A DNA stretch of 32,000 nucleotides from Methylorubrum extorquens (GCA_900234795.1 LT962688.1:2220001-2252000); one strand, 5' to 3'. Positions 1 through 10,412 are shown, numbered from the stretch's first letter. Translations and numbers: made by a program. The notes: generated from the sequence alone by a model not told the origin.

Positions 1-327
1 GACCTTTGTGCCCGTGCCGCCGCCGCCGGCTTTGCGGTGTGTCACGTCGCAGAGGCCGAGATCCGCCACCGCGGACAGGGCACCACCGAGGCGGTGAAGG
101 ACCGTCGCCTGTTCTACTTCCTGCGGGCGCAGACGCTCTACGCGTGCAAGCATCACGGCCGGGCGGTGTCCCTCGCCGTGCTGGCGGCCGCGCTGGCCGT
201 GAACCTGCCCGTCCGCCTCGGCCGGGCGCTGGTACGTGGCTCGGCCGGAGACGCAGGTGCGGTGATCCGCGCAGGGCTTATGCTGATACGGGCCGTGCCG
301 CGCCTGTTGACCGGCAGCGGTCGATGA
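1..327 (+). CDS. Glycosyltransferase family 2, C-terminal fragment (5' end outside window)
   Basis: Frame 1 is open from base 1 to TGA 325-327. It translates DLCARAAAAGFAVCHVAEAEIRHRGQGTT..., resembling the GT2 'E-DLC-R-G-x-P-A-HxxG-S' C-terminal region. Confidence 0.55.
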   Translation, partial: DLCARAAAAGFAVCHVAEAEIRHRGQGTTEAVKDRRLFYFLRAQTLYACKHHGRAVSLAVLAAALAVNLPVRLGRALVRGSAGDAGAVIRAGLMLIRAVPRLLTGSGR

Positions 328-435
328 GGCTTGCCCTCGACCGGGCATCTTGTTGTCCGCGGCGACCTCCGTCATGGTGCCGCCCTCCGGACGGTCCCGC
401 TTGCACCCGCGGCGGGCGGCTGAACGGGGAGTATC

Positions 436-2187
436 GTGTACGACAGCGCGGACAAGGGCTCTCGACCGGCGGACCTCTCGCCCGCCTTGTACCGCGCGGC
501 CTTCGACCGCGCGCCGGTGGGGCTCGCCGTGTTCTCGCCCGATGGGCGCACGATCCGCACCGCCAATCCCTGCCTGTACCGCTGGCTCGGCTACCCCTCG
601 GGCTTCCTCGATGGCCGCCCGATCGACCAAGTGATCGGCCGCGACGCGTTCGACGGGGAGACGCCCGGGCTGAAGGCCGGCATCCGCCGTTGGCTGCGGG
701 CGGATGGCAGCAGCCTCGATCTGCGCCTGACCCTGTCCGGAGAGGACGGTGGCGAGACGGTCGCGGTCGTGAACCTCGTCGATGCCGACGATCTCGTCCG
801 GGCCGAGCAGAACCGCGACGCCCTGACGGCGGCGGGGCTCGGCGAATGGCGCTGGGATCTCGTCACCGGACAGATGGTGTTTTCCCGCCGCGCGGCGCAG
901 ATCCTCGGCTACGCGCCGGGGCGCTCCGTCACCTGGGAGGGGATGCGCGGCCAGGTCGATCCGGAGGACGCCGAGCGGATTCAGACCGCGGTCGCCGCCG
1001 CCATCGCCGAGCGGCGCCCCTACGCGTTCCAGACCCGTTTCCGGCGCGCCACCGACGGTGCCGAGATCTGGATCGGCGCCCGCGGCGAGGCGCTTCTCGC
1101 CGCCGACGGTGCGCCCATCGGCATCGTCGGCGTGGTGCAGGACGTCACCACCCGGGTCGAGGCTCGGGAGGCCCTGGCCGAGCGCGAGGAGCGCCTGCGG
1201 GTCGCCACCACGGTCGCCGACCTCGGCATCTTCGAGTGGCATGTCCTCGACGACCGGGCGACCTGGGAGAACGAGCGGATGTTCGCGATCTTCGGCCGCC
1301 GGCCGGACGAGGGCAGCATCGGCAAGTCCGCCTTCCTCAAGGAAATCCTGCATCCCGAGGATCGCCCCGTCTTTCGGCAGGCGATCCTGCGGGCGCTGCG
1401 CGACGACACGATCCTGCACGCCACCGGCCGCATCCGCCGCCACGACGACGGCCTTTGGCGCACCATCGACATGGCCGGCCGGTTCGAGCGGACCCGGCCG
1501 GGTGGGCTGCCGCGGCGCCTGATCGGCGTCGTCGCGGACGTGACCGACCGCCACCTCTCGGAAGAACGCCGCAGCCTCCTGATCCGCGAGCTGCACCACC
1601 GGGTGAAGAACACGCTCGCCACGGTCCAGGCCATCGTCGGCTCGACCGCGCGCACTGCCACCAGCATCGACAGCTTCCACGAGGCCTTCGTCGGCCGCAT
1701 CAAGTCGCTCGCCCACACCCACAGCGTGCTCACCGAGGCGACGTGGCAGACGGCGAGCCTGCGCGATCTGCTCGCCTCCGAACTGATGCCCTATGCCGAG
1801 AGCGAGACCGAGACCTCGCCGGACCTGCGCATCGTCCTCGACGGCCCGGCAGTGGACCTGCCCTCCGAGATCGCCGTGCCGATCGGCATGGCGATCCACG
1901 AATTGACCACCAACGCCGCCAAGTACGGTGCCCTCTCGACGGGGCGCGGCCGGATCACGATCACTTGGAGCGTCGAGGCCGGCGTGCTGCACCTCGATTG
2001 GCGCGAGAGCGGCGGCCCCCGCGTCACCCCGCCGACCCGCCAGGGCTTCGGCTCACGCCTGCTGCAACGGGTGCTGACCGCGCAGGTTCAGGCGCAGATC
2101 ACCACCGATTACGCGCCCGAGGGGTTCCACCTGACGCTCGCCGCGCCCCTGCCCGCACGAAACCCGGCGCTCAACCCCCTGGCGTGA
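436..2187 (+). CDS. Sensor histidine kinase with three PAS/PAC domains and an HWE-type kinase core
   Basis: 583-aa ORF with GTG start. It has repeated PAS-like segments, the H-box ELHHRVKNTLATVQAIV, and LDWRESGGP (W-x-E) in the ATPase domain, typical of the HWE_HK family. Confidence 0.9.
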   Translation: MYDSADKGSRPADLSPALYRAAFDRAPVGLAVFSPDGRTIRTANPCLYRWLGYPSGFLDGRPIDQVIGRDAFDGETPGLKAGIRRWLRADGSSLDLRLTLSGEDGGETVAVVNLVDADDLVRAEQNRDALTAAGLGEWRWDLVTGQMVFSRRAAQILGYAPGRSVTWEGMRGQVDPEDAERIQTAVAAAIAERRPYAFQTRFRRATDGAEIWIGARGEALLAADGAPIGIVGVVQDVTTRVEAREALAEREERLRVATTVADLGIFEWHVLDDRATWENERMFAIFGRRPDEGSIGKSAFLKEILHPEDRPVFRQAILRALRDDTILHATGRIRRHDDGLWRTIDMAGRFERTRPGGLPRRLIGVVADVTDRHLSEERRSLLIRELHHRVKNTLATVQAIVGSTARTATSIDSFHEAFVGRIKSLAHTHSVLTEATWQTASLRDLLASELMPYAESETETSPDLRIVLDGPAVDLPSEIAVPIGMAIHELTTNAAKYGALSTGRGRITITWSVEAGVLHLDWRESGGPRVTPPTRQGFGSRLLQRVLTAQVQAQITTDYAPEGFHLTLAAPLPARNPALNPLA

Positions 2188-2256
2188 AGGGGCCGGCGTG
2201 CCACCGGGCGCCGGTGGCGTTGCGCGCGTCTTGAGGTCGGCCGGGACGCGCAGCCC

Positions 2257-3249
2257 TCAGGCCGCGCCGCGCGCCTCTTCGCCCCCGGCATTGACGAAGG
2301 TCTTCAGCTCGTCGAGCGAGGCGAAGGTGAAGCGGCCGCGCGGCGTGTCCGCCTCGATCGAGCCGTCGGAGAACATCACGTAGGTGTTGGCGCCCGACGC
2401 GTAGGAGCCGACCGCGTGCCGCTCCTCCGGGGCACCCGCCGCCGGCTCGGGCTCCTGAGCCCTCGTTTCCCCAGCCGCGATTTCCTGCGGCGCAGGCGTC
2501 ACGGCCTCCGGCTCGGGCGGCGTTTCGGCGGCCGGTGCGGGCGCCGGATCGTCGAGGAAGGAGCGCAGGCCGATCGGTTCGGCCGCGGGCGTCGGCGCCG
2601 CGATCCGCGCCTCGTCCCGCTCCTCGGCGACCGGGTTCGGGAGCGTCACCGGCTCGGGTTCGGGAAAGGACGTCGCCCGCTCGGGTTCGTGCGCCGGCTC
2701 GGGCATGCGGAACAGGTCGTCATCGCTCGCACGCGGCGGCGCGGCCTCCGGCAGCAGGTCGGGCAGCAGCGGCTCCGCGGCGCTCGGCTGCGGTTCGGCC
2801 GGGGGCGCCGGATCCTCGAAAATCGGCTCGGCACCGCGTGCGCCCGGCCGCAGCGCGCCGATCGACAGCCCCGCGAGGCCGGCCGCACCCGCGCCTACCA
2901 GACCCATGCCGGCGAGCGAGGGCCGCTCGGGCGGTGAAACCTCGGGAGCGGTGAAGGCCGGCGCTTCCGGTGCCGACGCCTCCCAGGGAACCACACCGGC
3001 GGGTACTGCGGCCGGGATGCTCGGCTGGGGGGAAGCCTCGCGCAGGCTTTCGACGGCGGTGTGGAGCCTGCGCAGGCGGTAGACGATGGCCGTCAGGCCG
3101 AGCAGGACGACGCCGGCCGAGGCCGCGGTCGAGCCGCCGATCACCATGGCCAGTCCGCTTTCCAGCCGGACGTAGGGAAAGCCCTGGACCACGGCGGCAA
3201 CGCCACCGAGGATCATGACGGAACTGAGCGCGAGCAGCGCGACGACCAT
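2257..3249 (-). CDS. Hypothetical membrane protein: two N-terminal TM helices, long Pro/Ala/Glu-rich linker, small conserved-looking C-terminal domain
   Basis: 330-aa ORF. The N-terminus MVVALLALSSVMILGGVAAVV...AMVIGGSTAASAGVVLLGLTAIVY is hydrophobic and the C-terminus is YVMFSDGSIEADTPRGRFTFASLDELKTFV. High GC3 is consistent with coding. No family recognised. Confidence 0.65.
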   Translation of the reverse strand: MVVALLALSSVMILGGVAAVVQGFPYVRLESGLAMVIGGSTAASAGVVLLGLTAIVYRLRRLHTAVESLREASPQPSIPAAVPAGVVPWEASAPEAPAFTAPEVSPPERPSLAGMGLVGAGAAGLAGLSIGALRPGARGAEPIFEDPAPPAEPQPSAAEPLLPDLLPEAAPPRASDDDLFRMPEPAHEPERATSFPEPEPVTLPNPVAEERDEARIAAPTPAAEPIGLRSFLDDPAPAPAAETPPEPEAVTPAPQEIAAGETRAQEPEPAAGAPEERHAVGSYASGANTYVMFSDGSIEADTPRGRFTFASLDELKTFVNAGGEEARGAA

Positions 3250-3618
3250 GGTACTCTCGACTGACTGTCGCGGGCGGCGTGAGGGTCACAGGATAACCCC
3301 CCGCCCGCTCATTGCAAAATCGCACGGTCACGCCACGCGCGGAAACCGGCCTTTCCGTCGCTCCATGCACAGCCGAGTGCCCGCCTTGCGGTGTCCTCAC
3401 GCACTGCATCGGGCGATTGCAGCGGCGGACGCCCGCCGCAAAACGGTGGATGCCTTGCCCCGATCGGTAACATGCGCACGGATACGGCTCCGCTGGCGTT
3501 GCCGAGCCCGCTCCCCCGACTTACCTACCCGCGCGTCACCTCGCCGGCCGCGCGCTTCGAACTCCTTGCGCGCTTCGCCTCCGCTTCCCGCGAGACCCGG
3601 ACAACCTAGGAGACACGC

Positions 3619-4218
3619 ATGACGTTCACCCTGCCCGAGCTGCCCTACGCCTACGACGCGCTGGGGCCCTACATGTCGAAGGAAACCCTCGAGTTTCACC
3701 ACGACAAGCACCACAAGGCCTATGTCGACACCGGCAACAAGCTGCTCGAAGGCACCGACCTCGCCGGCAAGAGCGTCGAGGAGATCGTCAAGGCGAGCTA
3801 CAACACCAATCAGGCGCTCTTCAACAACGCCGGCCAGCACTACAACCACCTCCACTTCTGGAACTGGATGAAGCCCAACGGCGGCGGTCAGCCCCCGGCG
3901 GCGCTGGCCCAGAAGATCGACGAGGATCTCGGCGGCTACGAGAAGTTCAAGGCCGACTTCATCCAGGCCGGCGTCGGCCAGTTCGGCTCCGGCTGGGCCT
4001 GGCTCGCGGTCAAGGACGGCAAGCTCGCCATCCTGAAGACCCCGAACGGCGAGAACCCGCTGGTCCACGGCGCGACCCCGATCCTCGGCGTCGACGTGTG
4101 GGAGCACTCCTACTACATCGACTATCGCAACCGCCGCCCCGACTACCTCAAGGCGTTCATCGAGAACCTCGTGAACTGGGAGTACGTCGAGAAGCTGTAC
4201 GGCGAGGCCAAGGCCTGA
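3619..4218 (+). CDS. sodB: Fe/Mn-family superoxide dismutase (Fe-SOD-like)
   Basis: 199 aa: MTFTLPELPYAYDALGPYMSKETLEFHHDKHH...DVWEHSYYIDYRNRRPDY, canonical SOD motifs. GGAG sits 8 nt upstream of the ATG. Confidence 0.95.
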   Translation: MTFTLPELPYAYDALGPYMSKETLEFHHDKHHKAYVDTGNKLLEGTDLAGKSVEEIVKASYNTNQALFNNAGQHYNHLHFWNWMKPNGGGQPPAALAQKIDEDLGGYEKFKADFIQAGVGQFGSGWAWLAVKDGKLAILKTPNGENPLVHGATPILGVDVWEHSYYIDYRNRRPDYLKAFIENLVNWEYVEKLYGEAKA

Positions 4219-4239
4219 TCCGCTTCGAGTCTTGATGCC

Positions 4240-4270
4240 GCCGCCCCGTTGACCGACGGGGCGGCTTTTT
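4240..4270 (+). terminator. Rho-independent terminator of sodB
   Basis: 10-bp perfect stem GCCGCCCCGT/ACGGGGCGGC (4240-4249 / 4256-4265), 6-nt loop, then TTTTT (4266-4270). Confidence 0.8.
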
Positions 4271-4349
4271 CATGCGCGGCGTGCCCGTGCGGTCATTGTC
4301 CTGCCGTGTCGCAGCGGCCTACTCCCCGTTCGAGTCTCCTCGTCTCCAC

Positions 4350-4458
4350 CCTCATCCTGAGGTGCTGGCGCGTCGCGTCGGCCTCGAAGGATCCTCCAGT
4401 TCCCGCGCGATCCCTGGAGGATCCTTCGAGGCCGCTGACGCGGCGCCTCAGGATGAGG
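4350..4458. repeat. About 107-bp imperfect palindromic intergenic element (REP/MITE-like)
   Basis: Outer arms are CCTCATCCTGAGG and its reverse complement. The inner arms are a perfect 20-bp inverted repeat, GGCCTCGAAGGATCCTCCAG (4380-4399) / CTGGAGGATCCTTCGAGGCC (4414-4433), around a 14-nt loop. Confidence 0.6.
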
Positions 4459-4518
4459 ATGTGGATGGGATGAGGCGCCGCCTGCCCCCTCGTCACGTAC
4501 GGGATCAACCGCGAAAAC

Positions 4519-6048
4519 ATGATCCGCTCGATCCTCTCCGTCGGCGGTTGGACGCTGGTCTCGCGGGTCACCGGCTTTGCCCGCGACGTGGTCACGGCGG
4601 CCGTGATGGGCGCCGGGCCGATGGCGGATGCCTTCGTCGTCGCCTTCCGCCTGCCGAACCACTTCCGCGCGATCTTCGGCGAGGGGGCGTTCAACACCGC
4701 CTTCGTGCCGGCCTATACCCATCTGGAACAGGCGGGCGCCGAGGGCGTCGCCGCGCGCTTTGCCGATCGCGTCTTTACCCTGATGCTGATCGTGCAGGTC
4801 GCTTTGCTCGCCCTCGCGCTCCCGGCGATGCCCTGGATCGTGCGGGCGCTGGCGCCGGGCTTCTCCGAGGACGGGGCGCGGTTCGCGCTGGCCGTGAGCC
4901 TGACGCGGATCACCTTCCCCTACCTGCTGTTCATGACGCTGGTGACGCTGTTCTCCGGCATCCTCAACGCGCATCGGCGTTTCGCCGCCGCGGCCGGCGC
5001 GCCGGTGCTGCTCAACCTTTCGATGCTGGTGGCCCTCGCCCTGGCCTTCCTGTTCCCGAACGCGGCCTATGCCGCGGCCTGGGGCGTCTCGGTCTCGGGC
5101 GTGCTGCAATTCGCGCTGGTTTGGTGGGATGCGCGCCGACGCGCCTACGCGCCGCGGCTGACGAAGCCGACCCTGCGCGATCCCGACATGATCCGGTTCT
5201 TCAAGATCCTGGGGCCCGCCGTGATCGGCTCGGCCGGCTTCCAGATCGCGACCTTCGCCGACACCATCATCGCGAGTTTCCTGCCGACCGGTGCGGTTTC
5301 GGCGCTGTACTACGCCGACCGGCTCTACCAATTGCCCTTCGGCGTCATCGCCATCGCCGCCGGCACGGTGCTCCTGCCCGAGATGAGCCGGCGCATCGCC
5401 GCGGGCGACGTGGCCGGCGCGCACGCGGCGCAGAACCGGGCCGCCGGGTTCTCACTGGCGCTCTCGGCCCCGTTCACCATCGCCTTCCTGACGCTGCCGG
5501 GGCTGATCATGGCGGCCCTGTTCCAGCGCGGCGCCTTCACCGCCGAGGACGCCGCCCGCGCGGCCTCCGTGCTCGCCGCCTACGGGCTAGCCCTTCCCGC
5601 CGTGGTGATGGTGCGCTCGGCCGTGGCGAGCTTCAACGCCCGGCAGGACACGACGACGCCGCTCTACGCCTCGCTGACGGCGATCGCCGTCAATGTCGCG
5701 CTGAAGCTGGTGCTGACCGGTCCCTACGGCGTCGCGGGTCTCGCCCTCGCCACCGCCATCGCCCAGTGGATCAACCTCGCTCTGCTCTACGGGCTGGCGC
5801 TGCGCCGTGGCTGGACCGCGCCGGGGCGGGTGCTTGGCGTCACCGTCGCCGCGGTCGTCGTGGCGAGTGCGGTGCTGGCGGTGCTCGCCGTCTACGGCTT
5901 GCCCTTCGCCGAGCGGATCGTGCCCGCCCTGCCCCATCTGCGCGAGATCGCGGTGCTCGCGCTCCTCGGCTTTGCCGGGGCGCTGGCTTACGCTGGCACC
6001 CTGCTTGCGGTGATGGGCGCGTTCGGCGTGCGATTGCGCCGCAGGTAG
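4519..6048 (+). CDS. murJ: Lipid II flippase MurJ (MviN)
   Basis: 509 aa, polytopic. The N-terminus MIRSILSVGGWTLVSRVTGFARDVV..AA.MGAGPMADAFVVAFRLPNHFRAIFGEGAFNTAFVP is the MurJ signature. Confidence 0.93.
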   Translation: MIRSILSVGGWTLVSRVTGFARDVVTAAVMGAGPMADAFVVAFRLPNHFRAIFGEGAFNTAFVPAYTHLEQAGAEGVAARFADRVFTLMLIVQVALLALALPAMPWIVRALAPGFSEDGARFALAVSLTRITFPYLLFMTLVTLFSGILNAHRRFAAAAGAPVLLNLSMLVALALAFLFPNAAYAAAWGVSVSGVLQFALVWWDARRRAYAPRLTKPTLRDPDMIRFFKILGPAVIGSAGFQIATFADTIIASFLPTGAVSALYYADRLYQLPFGVIAIAAGTVLLPEMSRRIAAGDVAGAHAAQNRAAGFSLALSAPFTIAFLTLPGLIMAALFQRGAFTAEDAARAASVLAAYGLALPAVVMVRSAVASFNARQDTTTPLYASLTAIAVNVALKLVLTGPYGVAGLALATAIAQWINLALLYGLALRRGWTAPGRVLGVTVAAVVVASAVLAVLAVYGLPFAERIVPALPHLREIAVLALLGFAGALAYAGTLLAVMGAFGVRLRRR

Positions 6049-6085
6049 CCTTTCCGGATCGGGCGGGCGCCTCATTTCACCCGGT

Positions 6086-6760
6086 ATGACCCTCCCCGAT
6101 CTCCGCTCCGGCAAAAGCTACGCCGTTTTTGACGCCTACGGCACGTTGTTCGACGTGCATTCGGCGGTCGCGCGCCATGCCGGCGCGCTCGGGCCTCAGG
6201 CGGACAGCCTCTCCGAGGTCTGGCGTACCAAGCAGCTCGAATATTCCTGGGTGCACGGCCTGATGGGCCGCTACGTCGCCTTCTGGGACCTGACCGAGCG
6301 TGCCCTCGATTTCGCGCTGGCGAAGCACCCGGAGATCGACCGCGGCTTTCGCGAAAAACTCCTCGATGCCTATCGCGACCTCGACGCCTACGACGAGGTG
6401 CCCGGCGTTCTGGAGCGTCTACGCGAGCGCGGCGTGAAGACCGCGCTCTTCTCCAACGGCAATGCCGCGATGCTGGAGCGGGCGGTGGCCTCCTCCGGTC
6501 TGGGCGAGCGGCTCGATGCTGTGCTCTCGGTCGATCCCATCCGGACCTTCAAGACGGCGCCCGCCGCCTACCAGATGGTTCTCGACCAGCTCGCCACCGA
6601 GCGGAACACCGTATTGTTCTTCTCCTCGAACCGCTGGGACATCGCGGGCGCCACCGCCTTCGGCTTCGATGCGGTGTGGGTGAACCGGAAAGGACAGCCC
6701 GACGAGTACCCGGATCAGCCGCCTCGCGCGGTCGTGAAGAGCCTCGACGCGGTGATCTGA
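6086..6760 (+). CDS. Haloacid dehalogenase, type II (HAD superfamily)
   Basis: 224 aa. Contains the YAVFDAYGTLFDVHS nucleophile motif and the SNGN and NRWDIAGA motifs typical of L-2-haloacid dehalogenases. Confidence 0.87.
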   Translation: MTLPDLRSGKSYAVFDAYGTLFDVHSAVARHAGALGPQADSLSEVWRTKQLEYSWVHGLMGRYVAFWDLTERALDFALAKHPEIDRGFREKLLDAYRDLDAYDEVPGVLERLRERGVKTALFSNGNAAMLERAVASSGLGERLDAVLSVDPIRTFKTAPAAYQMVLDQLATERNTVLFFSSNRWDIAGATAFGFDAVWVNRKGQPDEYPDQPPRAVVKSLDAVI

Positions 6761-6856
6761 ACCGCCGCGACGGCGCGTTCGCCAATCCTTAAGCTTGACC
6801 GGATTAATTCGGGCTCACGTGCCTGATTAGTCCGGTTGTCCAAAGGATCGGTTCTC

Positions 6857-7201
6857 GTGCCCGCCCTGTCCCTCTCCGTTCTCGCCCGCAAGGGCATCTG
6901 CGCGGCGCTTCTCGGCGCCGCGGTTCTCTCCGCCGCTCCCGCTTCCGCTCGCGACGGCCGCAACGGTGCCCTGATCGGTGGCGCCGCGGCCGGCGTCATC
7001 GGCGGCCTCGCCGTCGGCGCACTCCTCAACAACGGGGCCGCGCCTCCGCCCCCGCCGCCTGCGCGCCGGGTCTATGTCGAGGAAGAGCCGGTCTACGTCG
7101 CGCCCCCGCCGCGCCGGGGCCCGATCTGCCACTACGAGCGCCGCAAGGTGTGGCTCGACGAGGTCGAGTTCACCTACCGTCGGGTCGAAGTCTGCGAGTA
7201 A
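6857..7201 (+). CDS. Small secreted/membrane-anchored protein with a glycine-zipper segment and Pro-rich spacer (hypothetical)
   Basis: The ORF is open from 6836 (TTG). GTG 6857 is preceded by AAAGGA. Signal-like LSVLARKGICAALLGAAVLSAAPASA, then GALIGGAAAGVIGGLAVGALL, PPPPPP, and two C-terminal Cys. The start is uncertain (6836 or 6857). Confidence 0.6.
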   Translation: MPALSLSVLARKGICAALLGAAVLSAAPASARDGRNGALIGGAAAGVIGGLAVGALLNNGAAPPPPPPARRVYVEEEPVYVAPPPRRGPICHYERRKVWLDEVEFTYRRVEVCE

Positions 7202-7233
7202 ATCTCGCGACTTGGCTCTGCGTGAGAATGACG

Positions 7234-7261
7234 GGCGTCCGCTTCAGGCGGGCGCCTTTTT
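7234..7261 (+). terminator. Rho-independent terminator overlapping the stop of the convergent carbamoyltransferase gene
   Basis: Stem GGCGTCCGC/GCGGGCGCC (one G-U pair), loop TTCAG, then TTTTT (7257-7261). Confidence 0.7.
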
Positions 7262-9013
7262 CGTCAGGATCCAGTCCTCGACCACGATGGCATCGAGGCC
7301 GGTGGTGTAGAACATCAGGATCGCGTCCTCCGCCGTGTGGAGGATCGGCTTGCCCATCACGTTGAAGCTGGTGTTGAGCAGGATTGGCACGCCGGTCAGC
7401 TCGGCGAAGGCCTCGATCAAAGCCGCGTAGGCCGGGTTGCGCGCGCGCGTCACGCTCTGGAGCCGGCCGGTGCCGTCCGCATGGACCACCGCCGGCACCT
7501 GATCCCGCACCGCCGCGCGCCACACGAGCGTGCGCTCCATGTAGGGGCTGTCGGCATAATCCTCGAACCAGTCGGGCCCGGCCTCGGCCAGGATCGAGGG
7601 TGCGAAGGGGCGAAACGCCTCGCGGTACTTCACCTTGGCGTTCAGCGATTCCTTGGCATGAGCCGGGCGCGGGTCGGCGAGGATCGAGCGGTTGCCGAGC
7701 GAACGCGGGCCGAACTCCGCCCGGCCCTGCACCCAGCCGACGAGCCCACCCTCGGCCAGGATCTTCGCCGCCTCCCGCGTCACGCCCTCGTGGCCGAGGC
7801 GGCGGGCGCGGGGCTCCCACTCGGCCATGCGCTCCAGCGGCTCGGTGGAAACGGTCGAGCCGAGATAAGGCGTGAGCGGACGCGCCGCGCGCTTCGGCCC
7901 CTTCCAGTCGGGATCGTCCTCGGCCAGCGCCAGCCACGCGGCGCCGATGGCGTTGCCGTCGTCGGCCGGGGCCGAGGGCACGTGCAGGCGGCGGAAGCCC
8001 GAGCGCCCGAGCACGCGGCCGTTATAGGATGAATTGAGCCCACACCCGCCGGCGATGACGAGGTTTTCGCTCGCCGCGAACCGCCAAGCCTCGGCCACCA
8101 GCACGTCCATGAGTTCGGAAAAAATGTCCTGGCCGCAGCGGGCGAGGTCGGCCCAGCCCTGCTCGCCGACATCCCCCGGGCGCCGCGACAGGATCTCGGC
8201 GGCGACCGTCTGCACCGTGGCCTCGTCGGCGAATTTCAGGCGTCCGTCTTCGACCGAGAACAGGCGGCGCAGCAGCGCCATCAGGTCGGGGTCGGTGCGG
8301 CCGTAGGGCGCGAGCCCCATGATCTTCCATTCCTCGCCCTTGATCTGGTCGAAGCCGGCGAGATCCGTGACGAGCCCGTAGAGGAAGCCGACCGAGCCGC
8401 GCCCGCGGTGGCGCCGCACCTCCTCGATCCGCCCGTCCTTCAGACGGTAGATCGCCGCGGCGCCGGTCTCGCCCATGCCGTCAACGATGAGCACGGTCGC
8501 CTCCTCGAACGGGCTGCTCCACAGGGCGTAGGCGGCATGCGCCAGATGGTGGGCGTAGCGCCGCCGCCCGGCAATGGTCGCCCGCGGCTTGCCGCTGAGC
8601 CCGCGCGTCTCGTTGTCGAGCGCCAGCACCGTGCCGTTGCCGGCCCGCGCCTGCATGGCGTGGAGGTCGGCGATGAAGACGCGCTCGGCCCGCTCCGGCA
8701 CGAAGGAGCGGTTGAGGGTGGAGGGGTGCTGGGCCAAGGCGGGCAGCTCGAAGGCGCCGGACGCGGCCTGCCCTTTGAGAAACTCCGAGAACTGCTCGCC
8801 CCATGAGGTGGCGATGACCAGATCCGTCCCCTCGGGCACGTGACGCTTCAGCAGGCCCGCCATGCGGGTGCCGGGATCGGGCTCGCAGTTCGGCGCGCGC
8901 TTGTATTGCAGGTAGCGCTCGGCGGCCTCGGCGAACAACACGGTCCCGTCCGGCCCGACGAGGGCGAGCGCCGGATCGTGGAAGGTCGTGGCGAGGCCGA
9001 GATAGGTGCGCAT
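7244..9013 (-). CDS. Carbamoyltransferase, NodU/CmcH family
   Basis: 589 aa: [34 protein letters not shown]...[12 protein letters not shown]...[12 protein letters not shown], typical of the Carbam_trans N and C domains. Confidence 0.9.
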   Translation of the reverse strand: MRTYLGLATTFHDPALALVGPDGTVLFAEAAERYLQYKRAPNCEPDPGTRMAGLLKRHVPEGTDLVIATSWGEQFSEFLKGQAASGAFELPALAQHPSTLNRSFVPERAERVFIADLHAMQARAGNGTVLALDNETRGLSGKPRATIAGRRRYAHHLAHAAYALWSSPFEEATVLIVDGMGETGAAAIYRLKDGRIEEVRRHRGRGSVGFLYGLVTDLAGFDQIKGEEWKIMGLAPYGRTDPDLMALLRRLFSVEDGRLKFADEATVQTVAAEILSRRPGDVGEQGWADLARCGQDIFSELMDVLVAEAWRFAASENLVIAGGCGLNSSYNGRVLGRSGFRRLHVPSAPADDGNAIGAAWLALAEDDPDWKGPKRAARPLTPYLGSTVSTEPLERMAEWEPRARRLGHEGVTREAAKILAEGGLVGWVQGRAEFGPRSLGNRSILADPRPAHAKESLNAKVKYREAFRPFAPSILAEAGPDWFEDYADSPYMERTLVWRAAVRDQVPAVVHADGTGRLQSVTRARNPAYAALIEAFAELTGVPILLNTSFNVMGKPILHTAEDAILMFYTTGLDAIVVEDWILTKKAPA

Positions 9014-9284
9014 GCTGCCGGGCTACACGCCGGCACGCGAGGCGACAACCGCGTTGCGCCGGGCAATCGCTCGCGGGCGACTGCTCTGTTTTTGCTCGGC
9101 CTCGAACGCCGGCACCACCTCTGCGGCCTCAGCTTTCGCCGCGCTTTTGTGTTCGAGCGACCGTTCCGGTCCTCGAACCCACTCAGCGGGGCGCACTTGG
9201 CGCCCGAAATGCGGTGCAACCCCGCTTCGGTCGATGGCCCGGCTGCGTTGCAGTGCTTCGATTGCCGTGCGAGACGAGCCGCCG

Positions 9285-9971
9285 ATGACGGACGCCTTCC
9301 CCGCCTCGCCTCCCCTCGCCCTCGTGATCTTCGACTGCGACGGCGTGCTGATCGACAGCGAGCCGATCAGCCTCGCGACCCTGACGCGCGGGCTCAACGG
9401 GATCGGGCTCGCGATCAGCGTCGACAGCGTGCGGGAGCGGTTTGCCGGCACATCCATGACCTCGATCATGGAGCGCGTCGCCCGCGAGGATGGGGTCACG
9501 GCCCCGGACGGCTTCGTCGAGCGGGTGAAGGCGGAGACGCTCGCCGCCTTCGAGGCGGAGCTGGCCGCCATGGCCGGAATCGCCGAGGCGCTGGGTCTCC
9601 TGCACCTGCCGTTCTGCGTCGCCTCCAGCAGCGACCCCGTGCGGCTGCGCCGCTCGCTCTCGCTCACCGGCCTGCTGCCGCTGTTCGAGGGGCGCGTCTT
9701 CTCCTCCGCGCAGGTGGAGCGCGGAAAGCCGTTCCCGGACCTGTTCCTGTTCGCGGCGGAGCGGATGGGTATCGCCCCGGATCAGTGCCTCGTGATCGAG
9801 GACAGCGTGCCGGGGGTGCAGGCGGCGCGGGCGGCCGGAATGCGGGTCGTCGGCTTCACCGGCGGCGGGCATTGGGGCCACGACCGGGCCGGACGGGATC
9901 TCCTCGATGCCGGGGCCGCCGCCATCTTCTCGGCCCATGCCGATCTCGGGCGCATCATCGCCGGGGCATGA
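9285..9971 (+). CDS. HAD-superfamily hydrolase, subfamily IA (phosphatase / beta-phosphoglucomutase-like)
   Basis: An internal ATG at 9285 gives 228 aa beginning [27 protein letters not shown] (DxDG motif), later [17 protein letters not shown]. The upstream part of the 9006 ORF is Arg/Ser/Cys-rich and non-protein-like. Confidence 0.85.
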   Translation: MTDAFPASPPLALVIFDCDGVLIDSEPISLATLTRGLNGIGLAISVDSVRERFAGTSMTSIMERVAREDGVTAPDGFVERVKAETLAAFEAELAAMAGIAEALGLLHLPFCVASSSDPVRLRRSLSLTGLLPLFEGRVFSSAQVERGKPFPDLFLFAAERMGIAPDQCLVIEDSVPGVQAARAAGMRVVGFTGGGHWGHDRAGRDLLDAGAAAIFSAHADLGRIIAGA

Positions 9972-10412
9972 GGCCGGTTTCGGCCCGGGCTTTGCTAGAT
10001 TTGGCGTGAGCCCTTCCCCGACAGACGGGACGCGCCGCGGATCGCTCGAATCGCGGCGCGAACTTTCTCTGTCAAGCTGAACTTCGAAAGAACATTCCGT
10101 TGACGGTTGGGGTTTGGCACCTCATCTTAAGACCGTGCGAACGACTTCGCGCCGCGGTGATTTGTAGTGGCAAGCTTGCGCCGCGTTATCAAACGCTAAT
10201 GCATCACGACGCACTTGCGCCGTGGTCCTCGCGAGAGAGGAGGACTGGCCGTGAACGGTAGCTTTATTTGGAAGAAGTCGAGGTTGCCTGGCGGATGGGG
10301 TGCCCGGGCATGGGGATGTTGTCGGCAGACAGTCACATCCGTGGGCTAGAGCAGCGCCCGCGAACGCCTTGCCGATAACCGGCCGACGAAGGCCGCAGGA
10401 GTTCACCCCGTC

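Noticed and set aside
2200-2218. GC hairpin GCCACCGG-GCG-CCGGTGGC after the PAS kinase, and similar hairpins at 15501-15526 and 28516-28536
   Set aside because: These are plausible GC-type terminators between convergent or adjacent genes. They lack U-tracts and are short, so they are not distinctive enough to list as features.
6-2234. 742-aa ORF (plus strand) and other long ORFs overlapping the PAS-HWE kinase gene
   Set aside because: It has extreme Arg/Pro/Gly composition and no recognisable domain. It lies in an alternative frame of a gene with clear PAS and HWE motifs, so it is a typical high-GC shadow ORF.
3250-3618. Search for Fur/Irr/RirA boxes or an EcfG motif in the sodB upstream region
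   Set aside because: No TGA-N9-TCA or TTTAGAA-type palindrome is convincingly present. The only GTAAC...CGTT pair is separated by 25 nt, which is outside the functional spacing.
4270-6114. 384-aa (minus), 605-aa (plus) and 175-aa (minus) ORFs overlapping murJ
   Set aside because: The sequences are Arg/Gly/Asp-rich and low-complexity. murJ in the third frame has an unmistakable family signature and membrane topology.
10100-10125. TGGCAC in the low-GC leader as a sigma-54 -24 element
   Set aside because: No GC dinucleotide lies at the -12 position (TGGCAC-ctcat-CTTAA), so it is better read as spacer of a possible sigma70-type promoter.
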